Below are positions 55,330 to 64,000 of a DNA stretch of 64,000 nt, in pieces; position 1 is the stretch's first letter; the number at the start of each line of letters is the position of its first letter. This stretch comes from an uncultured bacterium (GTDB taxonomy: Bacteria > Krumholzibacteriota > Krumholzibacteriia > JACNKJ01): the NCBI GenBank assembly GCA_963695095.1, contig CAVOFT010000001.1, positions 128,001-192,000 of the forward strand, given 5' to 3'. The notes under the pieces were generated by a model. It saw only the letters and a list, made by a program, of their open reading frames with translations. It ran no database searches and was not told the origin of the DNA. A program made the translations under genes and the position numbers.

Positions 55330-56364
55330 TGGCAAGGATCCTGATCGCGGAAGACGACGGCACGAGCGCCCTCCTGCTCGAGCGCACCCTGCTCAAGGCG
55401 GGCCATGACGTGCTCAGGGCCGCCAACGGGGTCGAGGCCCTCGATCTGGCCCTGCGCGAACGCGTCGACGCCCTGCTCACCGACTGGATGATGCCCGGCA
55501 AGGACGGCCTCCAGCTCATCCGCGAACTGAGGCGGCAGCTGCCGCGCATGCCGCTGACCATGGTCATCACGGCGCTCTCCTCGCCCGAGGCGCAGCAGCA
55601 GGCGCTCGAGGCCGGCGCGGACGACTACCTCGCCAAGCCCTATCGACCCATCGACGTGATCGAACACCTGGACGCGCTCTTCGCCCGCCAGAACCAGAGC
55701 GCCGATGAGCCCGAGGCGCCGCCGCTGGTGGCGATGCCCGCCCGCCGCGGCATGACCCCGGAGCACCTCGCCGTCTGCGTAGCGGCAAGCAGCGGCGGCC
55801 CCAGCGCCCTGCGCACGCTGTTCAAGCAGCTCCCTGCCCAGACCCAGGTCGCCTATTTCGTCGTCCTGCACGGCCCGGAGCTGGGTGATCCAGAGCCTCG
55901 CCGACAGCCTGCAGCCCGAGGCGACGATGCCGGTGCGCCTGGGCGAAGACCACATGGTCATCGAGCCCGGGCACATCTACGTCGCTCCCGGCAGCCGGCA
56001 CATGTACATCGACCCCAGGGAGCACGACCTGCGGCTGAGCGAGGCGCCGCCGATCAACTACGTCAAGCCCGCCGCCGACCCGCTCTTCCAGAGCGTGGCG
56101 CTGGTCTACCGCGAATGCAGCCTGGGCGTGATTCTGACCGGGCTGGGTCGGGACGGCACGCGGGGAATCCAGCAGATCAACCGCTACGGAGGCCGCGTCC
56201 TGCTGCAGGACCCCGGGGCGGCCACGGGGTCCGCGATGCCGGACTCCGCCATCGAGAGCGGCGTCGCCGATGCCGTGCTCGCCCTGCCCGAGCTGCCGGG
56301 CGCCATCGAGGCCGAGATCCTCCGGCTTCTGCCGCGACTGCCCGCCGCGCAGGCGGTCAGCTGA
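55329..56364 (+). CDS. receiver domain plus CheB-type methylesterase (frameshift near 55878)
   Basis: 'ILIAEDD', 'TDWMMPG', then 'AASSGGP', 'VLHG', 'KPAADPLF.S', 'ILTGLGRDG', 'MPDSAI'; Ser/His/Asp triad present. Confidence 0.85.
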
Positions 56365-56403
56365 ATCCTCGCCCCTCCGGACGGGGGCCCCGGACGCCAG
56401 TCC

Positions 56404-57498
56404 CTAGATCAACTGGATGAAGCGGTTCTTGGAGCGACGCTTGAGCGCGCCGAAGGCCATGGCCAGCGGGAACATGACGGCCAGCAGCCCGAGCCAGCCC
56501 AGGAAGCTCTCCAGCACCGCCCCCTCGCGGTAGAAGAAGCCCAGCCGCCGCGTGAAGATGGCGAGCAGGGGAATGTGCACCGCGTAGAAGAAGAGCGGCA
56601 CGCGGCCGATGACGCCCAGGGGCTTGAGCAGGCCCGAGTGCATGCTGATGCGGCAGAAGAGCCCGACCATGAAGATCACGGCACCGGCGAACCAGAGCAG
56701 GTGCACGGCGTTGGGCGGGTACTTCTGCTCGAGGAAGAAGGACCAGCTGCCCAGCTCCGACCAGGGCGTCAGGTTGCCGTAGCCGCGGCCCGACCTCAGC
56801 AACACGGCCAGAACAACCAGCCCGAAACCGATCAGCATGCTCTTCGTCGAGCGCTCGGCGTGGGTCTTCCAGCCCTCGAACCAGAAGTGGGCCATCACCG
56901 AACCCACCAGCGCCATGCCGAACCAGGGCAGGGCGGGGTAGAGGTTGAAGGTGCCCGAATCGATGAACATCTGCATGGGCACGTGCACCCAGCCCTTGGC
57001 GCTGTAGGGAATCTGCAGCAGGAAGTGCTGGCCGAAGATGAGCAGCGCGCCCAGGGCGAGGCGCAGCTGCCAGCGCCAGGTGATGACCAGGGTGAGCAGG
57101 ATCATCGCCGTGCCGATGCAGGCGATGATGCTCCAGTGCAGAGGCCGCCAGGAATTGAAGCCGCTCCAGGCGGAGTTCACCCAGGTCATCTGGACGAGGA
57201 TCAGGAAGAGCCCGCGCTGGATGAAGTGCCAGCGCGAGGCCCAGTCGCCGGCGCCGCCCCGCCGCCGCCGCCAGTAGGCCCAGTAGACCATCGCCCCGTT
57301 CATGATCAGGAAGCCGGGCGCGCAGAGGTAGCCCATGTAGCGCAGGCCGAACTGGGCGCCGCTGCCGAAGAAGGGGTCCTGGAATTCGAAGGCGTACCAG
57401 ATGTGGTTGAAGTACTCGTTGCTGTGACCCAGGGCCATCATGATGCCGATCAGGCCGCGGAACTGATCGATGAAGTGAAAGCGTTCCTTGACGGCCAT
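56404..57498 (-). CDS. DUF1624/HGSNAT-like multi-pass membrane protein (putative acyltransferase)
   Basis: 'RFHFIDQFRGLIGIMMALGH', 'LCAPGF..NG', 'RGLFLI', 'YPALPW', 'KYPP', 'GRVPLFFYAVH'. Confidence 0.8.
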   Translation of the reverse strand: MAVKERFHFIDQFRGLIGIMMALGHSNEYFNHIWYAFEFQDPFFGSGAQFGLRYMGYLCAPGFLIMNGAMVYWAYWRRRRGGAGDWASRWHFIQRGLFLILVQMTWVNSAWSGFNSWRPLHWSIIACIGTAMILLTLVITWRWQLRLALGALLIFGQHFLLQIPYSAKGWVHVPMQMFIDSGTFNLYPALPWFGMALVGSVMAHFWFEGWKTHAERSTKSMLIGFGLVVLAVLLRSGRGYGNLTPWSELGSWSFFLEQKYPPNAVHLLWFAGAVIFMVGLFCRISMHSGLLKPLGVIGRVPLFFYAVHIPLLAIFTRRLGFFYREGAVLESFLGWLGLLAVMFPLAMAFGALKRRSKNRFIQLI

Positions 57499-57548
57499 GG
57501 GCAGCCCACCCTCCCGGCGCGGGGCCGCAGCCCCGGCGCAGCTGGTCG

Positions 57549-59957
57549 CTAGTTGCCGAAGTCGCTGCGCACCACGCGCAGGCCGACGAAGTCCAGACGG
57601 GAATCGGGCGGCGCCGTCTCGCGCGCGGCCGAACGGCAGGCCTTGGCCTGGCTGAACCAGCTGCCGCCGCGCAGCACCTTGAGAAAGCCACCGGCGGGGC
57701 CCGCGGCGTCGAGGCCGATCTGGCTCGGGTAGCCGGCATACCAGTCCCAGCACCACTCCATGGCGTTGCCGTGCACATCGGCGAGGCCGAAGGCGTTGGC
57801 GGCGAGGCCGCCCACCGCCTGGGGCGCGTCCCCGGAGTTGCCGCAGTACCAGCCGATCAGATCCAGTCGGGGATCCTCGCAGCCCTGGTCGCTGATGGCG
57901 CCGTTCGTGAAGGCGGTCGCGCTGCCGGCGCGGCAGAGCCACTCCCACTCGGCCTCGGTGGGCAGGCGCCAGCCGTCGGCCTCGCGGTCCCACTCGACGT
58001 CGGTGCCGTCCACGGCATAGGCCGGCGTCCGGCCCTCGAAGATCGAGAGGGCGTTGCAGTAGGCCACGGCCTCGTACCAGGTGAGCCCCAGCACGGGCAA
58101 GCTGCCGCCGAGGAAGCTGGAGTCCGGCAGGGCGGGCCCCATGCGGTCCTGCCACCGGGCCTGGGTGACCTCCTGCGTGGCAGCGATGGGCAGGCGGGTG
58201 AGCAAGGCGGGGTGCTGCGTCTCATCCGGCTCGCGACCGAGCTCGCTGAGCGGGCTGCCCATGGTGAAGACCACGTCGCCGACCAGGGGGCCGGACAGCG
58301 TGGCCGTCGTCGGCGTGTGGCCGTCGCCGTCGTCGAAGGCGGCGAGGAAGCTGTGCGCGCCGGGGGCGAGGGTCGTCTGCAGGCGGTAGAGCGCGTTCGT
58401 GGCGTGATCGCCGGAGACGAAGCCCATCGCCGTCGGCGCGCCGTCGATGACGAGATCGTGGGTGACGGGCACGTCGCCTTCGGGGTCCGAGTAGCTCACC
58501 GTGAAGGTGAAGAGCTGTTCATCGTCGCCGTAGGCCGGCGTGACGGCGAGGCCGAAGAGGAAGGTGCCGTCGGGGAAGGTCGTGGCGCTGGCGCCGACGC
58601 CGAGGCCGGACATCTGGCCGGCGTCGTCGGTGGCGCGCAGGGCGAAGTGGTACTGGGTCTCGGGCGTCAGGCCGCCCACGGAGAATTCCTGGGCCGTGCC
58701 GACCACGGCGGGCAGGGGCAGGCCGGTGACGGCGGTCGCCGCCGCCCAGGCGGTTTCGTTGTTGATCGGCGTCGCGGCATAGCGCAGGGCGTAGTGCTCC
58801 GCCTCGCCGATGTAGCGATCGTCGCCGGGCGCCTTCCAGCTCAGGCGGACGGCGGTGGCGCCCAGGGTCTCGGCGCTGAGCGTGTAGATGCCGCCGGGCG
58901 CTGTGCGATCCGCGAAGGGCGCGCCGGCCAGGATGAGCAGGCCCTCGTCCTCGTCGGTGACGAGCACCAGCCCGTCGTCGGTGAGTGCGACGCCGGTGGC
59001 GTTGCTGCTGCGGACGTTGCCCGCGTAACGCGGGTGGGCGGGGTCGCGCACGTCAACGACGTGCAGGCCGGCGTCGTTGCCCGCCACGAAGGCGAGGCCG
59101 TCGCGCACGGCGATGTCCACGCACCAGCCATCCAGGGGCATCCGCGACACGGGCACCGGCGCCTCGGCGCCATTGATGCGAAAGACGCTCATCCCCTGCC
59201 GCTTGTCGGCAACGAAGGCGTAGTCGCCCCAGATGTCCACGGCGAGCGCGTTGCCCGGCGTGTCCGTCCAGGAAACGAGCACCACCGAGTCGAGCACCAG
59301 TACGCGGGCATCGAGCACGGCCAGGCCCATCTGGTCGTCGGCCACGTAGGCGTAGCCGCCCTTCACCGCCAGGTCCATCGCGTAGCCGTTCGTGTCGGCG
59401 AAAACGCCGCCGTAGGCGAGCAGGCCCGGATACAGGGGGCTGGATTCGAAGACGCGCACGCCCTTCCAGCTCTCGGCCACGAAGAGGATGAAGGGCTGCT
59501 CGGGATTCTCCCGCTCGACGGCATGCATGCCGTTGCCGTCCACCGCCGTCGTGCCCTGGTTGAAGGAGACGGCGTTCGGCGGGTCGGTGATGTCGTAGGT
59601 GGTCACGCCTTCAGTGCCTTCGACGATCATCGCGATGTCGCGGATGACGCCCCCGGCAAAGCTGCGCAGCACCTTGATATTCTCGGCGTACTTCGTGGTG
59701 GGCACGGTCTTGACGAGCAGGGGTGCCGCGGGATTGCTGATGTCCACCACATGCAGGCCCGCCTGACCGCCGGCGACGAAGGCGTAGTCGCCGATGACGT
59801 CCACACTCTCGTTGATGCTGGGCAAGGGCAGGCGGCCGACCAGCGGGTAGGGCGAGTCGGGGATCTCGTAGAGATCCTCCTTCCCGCAACTGCCGGCGAG
59901 CGCGATCAGGGCGAGCGCCAGGGCGATGGCCGCGAGGCGGGTGGACTGCATGCTCAT
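57549..59957 (-). CDS. lipoprotein with LVIVD repeats, FN3 domain and FGE-sulfatase domain
   Basis: Lipobox 'LAGSC'; repeats 'YAFVA...GLHVVDISNP'; FN3 'LSWKAPGDD...GLTPETQYHF'; FGE 'RLPTEAEWE', 'NAFGL.D.HGN..EW', 'RGGSW'. Confidence 0.85.
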   Translation of the reverse strand: MSMQSTRLAAIALALALIALAGSCGKEDLYEIPDSPYPLVGRLPLPSINESVDVIGDYAFVAGGQAGLHVVDISNPAAPLLVKTVPTTKYAENIKVLRSFAGGVIRDIAMIVEGTEGVTTYDITDPPNAVSFNQGTTAVDGNGMHAVERENPEQPFILFVAESWKGVRVFESSPLYPGLLAYGGVFADTNGYAMDLAVKGGYAYVADDQMGLAVLDARVLVLDSVVLVSWTDTPGNALAVDIWGDYAFVADKRQGMSVFRINGAEAPVPVSRMPLDGWCVDIAVRDGLAFVAGNDAGLHVVDVRDPAHPRYAGNVRSSNATGVALTDDGLVLVTDEDEGLLILAGAPFADRTAPGGIYTLSAETLGATAVRLSWKAPGDDRYIGEAEHYALRYAATPINNETAWAAATAVTGLPLPAVVGTAQEFSVGGLTPETQYHFALRATDDAGQMSGLGVGASATTFPDGTFLFGLAVTPAYGDDEQLFTFTVSYSDPEGDVPVTHDLVIDGAPTAMGFVSGDHATNALYRLQTTLAPGAHSFLAAFDDGDGHTPTTATLSGPLVGDVVFTMGSPLSELGREPDETQHPALLTRLPIAATQEVTQARWQDRMGPALPDSSFLGGSLPVLGLTWYEAVAYCNALSIFEGRTPAYAVDGTDVEWDREADGWRLPTEAEWEWLCRAGSATAFTNGAISDQGCEDPRLDLIGWYCGNSGDAPQAVGGLAANAFGLADVHGNAMEWCWDWYAGYPSQIGLDAAGPAGGFLKVLRGGSWFSQAKACRSAARETAPPDSRLDFVGLRVVRSDFGN

Positions 59958-59987
59958 CCTCCGTCTGCGAAGGCCGCGCGTGCGCGG

Positions 59988-61619
59988 CTAGAACAAGGTG
60001 CTGCTGAAGCCGATCCAGTAGGTGCGGCTGATGTAGTTCTTGTCTTCCTTGATATCGCCCCACCAGGGTGAATCCACGTCGCGCTCGGCGTAGCCGAAGC
60101 CGAAGTCCATGTCCACCGCTTTGGGCAGGCCGAAGCTGGCGAAGACGGCCGGCAGGTCGCGGCTGCCCTTGAGCTGGTAGGTGTAGCTGTTGTCCTGCCG
60201 TCCGACGTGATAGGTGTCGTCCGAGATCGTCTGCGTGCCCTTCGCCGAGTAGTAGTCGACGCTGTACTGGGCGCGCACGCGCAGGTCGCTGACCAGGCGC
60301 TTGAGCGCGGCCTGGCGCGGCACCCAGCGCAGCTCGGCGTTGTAGGTGTTCCCTTTGTAGGTGCCGTCCGAGGCGGGGCTGGTATCCAGCGCCTCCCCCT
60401 CGACGTCGATGGCACGCGCGGCGGCGTTCTCGAAGCCGTAGCTGAGCGTGAGCCGCCAGGGACGGGCGATCGTCCAGTAGGCCGTGATGTCGATGCCGAG
60501 GGTGTTGAGATCGTTCTCCAGGTGCGGCTTGTTGTAGTAGTAGAGCTTCTTGGTCAGGGCGACGTTGGCGCTGAGGTCCTTGCGCAGCCGATGGCGCCAG
60601 GTGCTGACGATGCGATTGCGCTCCAGGCGGAACTGCTCGCTCACGACGGGCGTGGTCCCCGCGACGAGCGGCGGGCGGTCGTTGAGCTGCCGCAAGTACT
60701 TCGAGGGGCTGTAGGCGTAGTAGACCTCGAGGCTGTTGCGGCCGAAGAACTGCCGCGCGACGACGCGGAACTCGTGGTTGTCGAGCACGGTGTTCGTCGC
60801 GTACTGCTCGCGCGAGTAGCGGAAGCTGAAACGCGTCGCGCCCTGGGCGAGGAACTTGCGCTGCCCGGTGAGATCCAGGGAGGGCGAGAGGATGAGATCA
60901 TCCAGGCGCTCGATCTTCTGGAAACGCTCCTCGTTCCAGTACAGCCGCGTCAGGTACTCCTGCCGGAAGGCCTCGGACATCTGGAAGACATTGTCCTCGT
61001 AGGTGAAGCCGAGGCTGGCATCCAGTCCCCAGGTGAGGCCGAAGCGTTCGTTGGCGGCCCGGGGCCTGGGCGGCTTGGGGACCTGCAGCGGCTCCGTGTC
61101 CCACTGCGGCGGGCCCTCGTAGAAGAGGGCGACGTAGAGCGGGCCGCCGCCATCGAGGCTGCCGGTGAGCCGCAATTCGTGGCGGCCGGCAGGGATGGCG
61201 AGATCGAGCCAGGTGCCGCGGCTGGGGCTGCCCGCGCGGCCGTCGGCGTAGCCGCCCAGGCGGGAGGCGGCGAGCTCGAGGGGCAGTTCGGCGGGCAGGC
61301 CGGGCACGCCGGCCAGGCGCAGCAGGCCGCTGCGCGTGGTGCTGTCGCCTTCGGCGACGTGGGTCTTCACGAAACCGCTCAGGGTGCCCGGCCCCTCGAG
61401 GCGGTAGGTCAAGCCGGCCGCCGGCATCACGCAGTAAACCGCGGCGGCTTCGGCGCGGCCGAGCAGTAGCGTGGCCGGCTTGCCCTGCGGCCACAGCTCC
61501 ATGTCGGCAAGCGCGGGGCCGGCCAGAAGGAGCGCGCCGACCAGGGCGGCGAGGGCGGCCAGGGAGCACCAGGAATGGCGGGGCCTACGCTGCATGGAAT
61601 GGCAGATCCAGCGAATCAC
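59988..61619 (-). CDS. putative outer-membrane beta-barrel protein with an N-terminal beta-sandwich domain
   Basis: Signal peptide, aromatic-rich alternating strands, C-terminal 'YWIGFSSTLF' (terminal Phe, BAM-type signal); start may be ATG 61595. Confidence 0.65.
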   Translation of the reverse strand: MIRWICHSMQRRPRHSWCSLAALAALVGALLLAGPALADMELWPQGKPATLLLGRAEAAAVYCVMPAAGLTYRLEGPGTLSGFVKTHVAEGDSTTRSGLLRLAGVPGLPAELPLELAASRLGGYADGRAGSPSRGTWLDLAIPAGRHELRLTGSLDGGGPLYVALFYEGPPQWDTEPLQVPKPPRPRAANERFGLTWGLDASLGFTYEDNVFQMSEAFRQEYLTRLYWNEERFQKIERLDDLILSPSLDLTGQRKFLAQGATRFSFRYSREQYATNTVLDNHEFRVVARQFFGRNSLEVYYAYSPSKYLRQLNDRPPLVAGTTPVVSEQFRLERNRIVSTWRHRLRKDLSANVALTKKLYYYNKPHLENDLNTLGIDITAYWTIARPWRLTLSYGFENAAARAIDVEGEALDTSPASDGTYKGNTYNAELRWVPRQAALKRLVSDLRVRAQYSVDYYSAKGTQTISDDTYHVGRQDNSYTYQLKGSRDLPAVFASFGLPKAVDMDFGFGYAERDVDSPWWGDIKEDKNYISRTYWIGFSSTLF

Positions 61620-61625
61620 CGGGGC

Positions 61626-62528
61626 TCACCTCGTGCTCACGTCGGCTTCGGGGATGAGGATCTGGGCGGCGATGCCGCAGGCCTCGGGCCGCACGCAGCG
61701 CAGCTCGAAGCGGTGGCGGCCGCGGGGGACGGGCACGCGCAGCAGCTTGCGGTCGCCGGGCAGCACCTGAGGCTTGCCCACGTAAGCCGCGCTGTCCAGC
61801 TTGTCGGCCTGGTAGTGGTAGGTGTTCACGCTGACGCCGTCGCGCAGCAGCTCCAGCGCGTAGGGCTGGGCGCCGCTCATCTGATGATCGAAGTCCAGGC
61901 GGGTGTAGACCTTGAGCGTGGTCGGTCCGGTCACCGTGAAGCCGAGCGGGGAGTCGGCATGGAAGTGGTAGTAGGCCGAGGTGCTGCCGCTGGCGAACTG
62001 CAGCCTGGCCACGGAGTCGTACTGCTCGGGCGCGAAGGCCACCTCCTTGGTCTTCACCCGCTTGACTTCGCGGTAGAAGCGCGCTGCCGCCCGGCCCTCG
62101 CCCTCGACTTCGGCGTAGACCTGGATCTGATGCTTGCCGGTCGGCACGCGCACGGTGGTGCTGCGCAGGGCGGCCGCCTCGCCGCCACCGCTGCAGCGCG
62201 CCGCGCCGGCCAGGACATCGCTGCGGTAGCTGCGGCGCAGCACTTCCTCGCCGTCCAGGAGCACGCGCAGCGTGTAGACGCCCGTCGTCGCGTCGCCGGG
62301 CCCGAAGAGGTAGCGGCTGACGATCTTGAGCTTGCGCGGTCCGCGCAGCTCGATCACCGCCGGCTTGGCGGGATCCAGGAGCGTGTAGTCGAAGGACTGG
62401 CCCTTCACGGCGAGACAGACGTCGCCGGGGCTGTCCGCCGCCTTGAGGCTGCGCCAGGCGGCCGCAGCCTCCCGGGGCAGCAGAGCCAGCGCGCCGATGA
62501 AGAGCAGAGCGAGCCAAGGCCGTTTCAT
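61626..62528 (-). CDS. secreted hypothetical protein with two internal repeats
   Basis: Signal peptide; two similar domains of about 130 aa; ATGA overlap with the pgsW stop. Confidence 0.7.
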   Translation of the reverse strand: MKRPWLALLFIGALALLPREAAAAWRSLKAADSPGDVCLAVKGQSFDYTLLDPAKPAVIELRGPRKLKIVSRYLFGPGDATTGVYTLRVLLDGEEVLRRSYRSDVLAGAARCSGGGEAAALRSTTVRVPTGKHQIQVYAEVEGEGRAAARFYREVKRVKTKEVAFAPEQYDSVARLQFASGSTSAYYHFHADSPLGFTVTGPTTLKVYTRLDFDHQMSGAQPYALELLRDGVSVNTYHYQADKLDSAAYVGKPQVLPGDRKLLRVPVPRGRHRFELRCVRPEACGIAAQILIPEADVSTR

Positions 62529-63649
62529 ACCGAGTCACCATCCATTCGGCCGCTCCAGCGATCGAAGAGACCGCGGCGCAGCTCAGGAGCCAGGACCAGG
62601 ACACAAATGGCGCAGTATAGCACGAGCAAGGGAGCCGCCAGGGCCAGGCGATAGCTCTCGCGCACGAAGATGTCCCCCTCGCCCGGCTGGGGATGGTAAT
62701 CGGGCGCCACCGGCAGCCCCACCTCTCGCGCCAGATCCTCCATGTTGAGCAGGTGGATCACGGGGATGCCGCGCTCGGCCATCAGTACCATCGTGCCCTT
62801 GCGCGGGTAGTTGTGGGTGCCCAGGTCGAAGTTGAGGCCCTCGGGCAGCAGCACCTTGTTGCGGCTGGTGCCCAGGCTGGCCACGCCGCCGCCCACGTTG
62901 ATGAAGGCCTTCGCCCGGCGGCCGCGCAGGGCCTCGACGTAGAAGGTCATGCGCTGGGTGATGGCCTCCTCGATGTTCTCCGAGTCGAGCCGGCGCACCC
63001 CGTTGCGCTCGATCGCCACGCGCAGGCGCTCGCGACCCTCCGGGCTGAGGCCCTGGCCCATGTCGTCGCCGCCGCCATAGCTGGCGGCCGCCGAGCGGAT
63101 GTGGAAGATGTTCTCCTCCGCGAAGAGGCGCTCCATGTCCAGCCAGGTGAAGTCCGGATCGTTGGCGCCCCACATCGAAGCGCCCACGGAGGTGATCACG
63201 ACCGGCGCGAGCTCGAGCGTTTCCAGGGCCGCGAAAACGCTGATGTTGAGGCCGGGGAAGGAGCCCGAGAGCGCGACCGCCACGGGATCCCCCGGCTTGA
63301 GGCCGCAGCGGCGCAGGTAGCCGACGATGACCCCGGCCCAGTTGGGATTGAGCGTGGTGAGCTTGGAGCCGAGCACGCCCTGGGCGTTGGTGATCAGGCT
63401 GAACTCGGGGCCGATCAGGCCCGTGCCGGCCGGGTCGTTGACGAGGTCGAGGACGGCACCCTCCATGAGCCGGTGCCGGCGCACGGCGCCGAAGGCGAGC
63501 TCGGCCCGCCGTGCCGCCTCCAGCTTCAGGTCGTAGTCGCGCTGGCGCACGGGCTTGCGCGTCAACTCGAGCGAGGCCTGGAAGGCGAGAGCGAGCAGCG
63601 CGAGCCCCAGCAGGATGAGCTGGCGGCGCCTATCGGATCGCGAACTCAA
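62525..63649 (-). CDS. pgsW: poly-gamma-glutamate system protein
   Basis: 'NDPAGTGLIGPEFSLIT...KLTTLNPNWA', 'SGSFPGLN', 'SVGASMWGANDP..TWLDME', 'FINVGG', 'PVIHLLN'; directly after pgsC. Confidence 0.85.
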   Translation of the reverse strand: MSSRSDRRRQLILLGLALLALAFQASLELTRKPVRQRDYDLKLEAARRAELAFGAVRRHRLMEGAVLDLVNDPAGTGLIGPEFSLITNAQGVLGSKLTTLNPNWAGVIVGYLRRCGLKPGDPVAVALSGSFPGLNISVFAALETLELAPVVITSVGASMWGANDPDFTWLDMERLFAEENIFHIRSAAASYGGGDDMGQGLSPEGRERLRVAIERNGVRRLDSENIEEAITQRMTFYVEALRGRRAKAFINVGGGVASLGTSRNKVLLPEGLNFDLGTHNYPRKGTMVLMAERGIPVIHLLNMEDLAREVGLPVAPDYHPQPGEGDIFVRESYRLALAAPLLVLYCAICVLVLAPELRRGLFDRWSGRMDGDSV

Positions 63650-64000
63650 TGAGCCCCCCTCCCTGCGCCACCACCAGCGCCAGGCGCACGATGAAGGCCG
63701 CCATCAGCATGGTGCAAAGCGTCTCGAAGATGCCCTGCCGCAGCATCCAGTAGGCGATGAGCCCGGGGATGATGTAGCCGATGGACTGGACGATCGTGAA
63801 GTCGACGCCCAGGCCCATCCAGTCGCCCGCGATGAGCAGGAAGCGCGTGGCGTAGCCGAAGATGAAGCCGGCCAGCACGCAGAAGACCAGCGTCCGCCGC
63901 CCGTAGAGCAGGATGTGGCGGCTGAGCAGGCGCAGGCTGAGGTAGGTGATCAGCGCGGCGACGATGGTGCCCAGGATGCGCAGGGGCTGGTCCAGATAGA
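63630..64000 (-). CDS. pgsC: poly-gamma-glutamate biosynthesis protein PgsC/CapC (5' end outside the window)
   Basis: Hand translation '...YLDQPLRILGT...LLYGRR...IGYIIPGLIAYWM.RQG..ETL' matches PgsC motifs. Confidence 0.88.
   Translation of the reverse strand, partial: YLDQPLRILGTIVAALITYLSLRLLSRHILLYGRRTLVFCVLAGFIFGYATRFLLIAGDWMGLGVDFTIVQSIGYIIPGLIAYWMLRQGIFETLCTMLMAAFIVRLALVVAQGGGLIEFAIR

Noticed and set aside
57549..57700. Diversity-generating retroelement variable repeat in the FGE domain
   Set aside because: No template repeat copy or reverse transcriptase is visible in this window

Overview
Very GC-rich diderm bacterial sequence that contains the chromosomal replication origin. The C-terminal SWGxxK motif protein and gene order suggest an FCB-group candidate phylum such as Krumholzibacteriota or Latescibacterota (inference). 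The core is rpmH-rnpA-yidD-yidC-jag-mnmE-mnmG-rsmG-parA-parB-M23 peptidase-bactofilin (minus strand), divergent from dnaA-dnaN-recF-DUF721-gyrB-gyrA-rex (plus strand). It has DnaA-box clusters on both sides of dnaA, a B. subtilis-like DnaA-trio unwinding element, two parS sites, and a separate DnaA-box/IHF-site cluster about 11.5 kb from oriC. The left arm carries an ABC transporter, xseAB, gpmI, two ferredoxins, two class V PLP enzymes, an ECF sigma/zinc anti-sigma pair, CapK/CapA/Wzx surface-polymer genes, sodC and trxB. The right arm carries DinB, VOC, a YciI-SRPBCC fusion, a TPR Ser/Thr kinase, pfkA, a HAD hydrolase, an AAA-DUF4143 ATPase, secreted proteins, a GT4 and an orphan REC/CheB module. 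At the right edge is a poly-gamma-glutamate locus (pgsC-pgsW) extended by a secreted repeat-domain protein, an outer-membrane beta-barrel, an LVIVD/FN3/FGE lipoprotein and a DUF1624 membrane protein; this is the best candidate for an undescribed system. Several genes carry small frameshifts that look like long-read consensus errors. No CRISPR array, rRNA, tRNA or mobile element was recognised. All family calls come from reading motifs, not from database searches.
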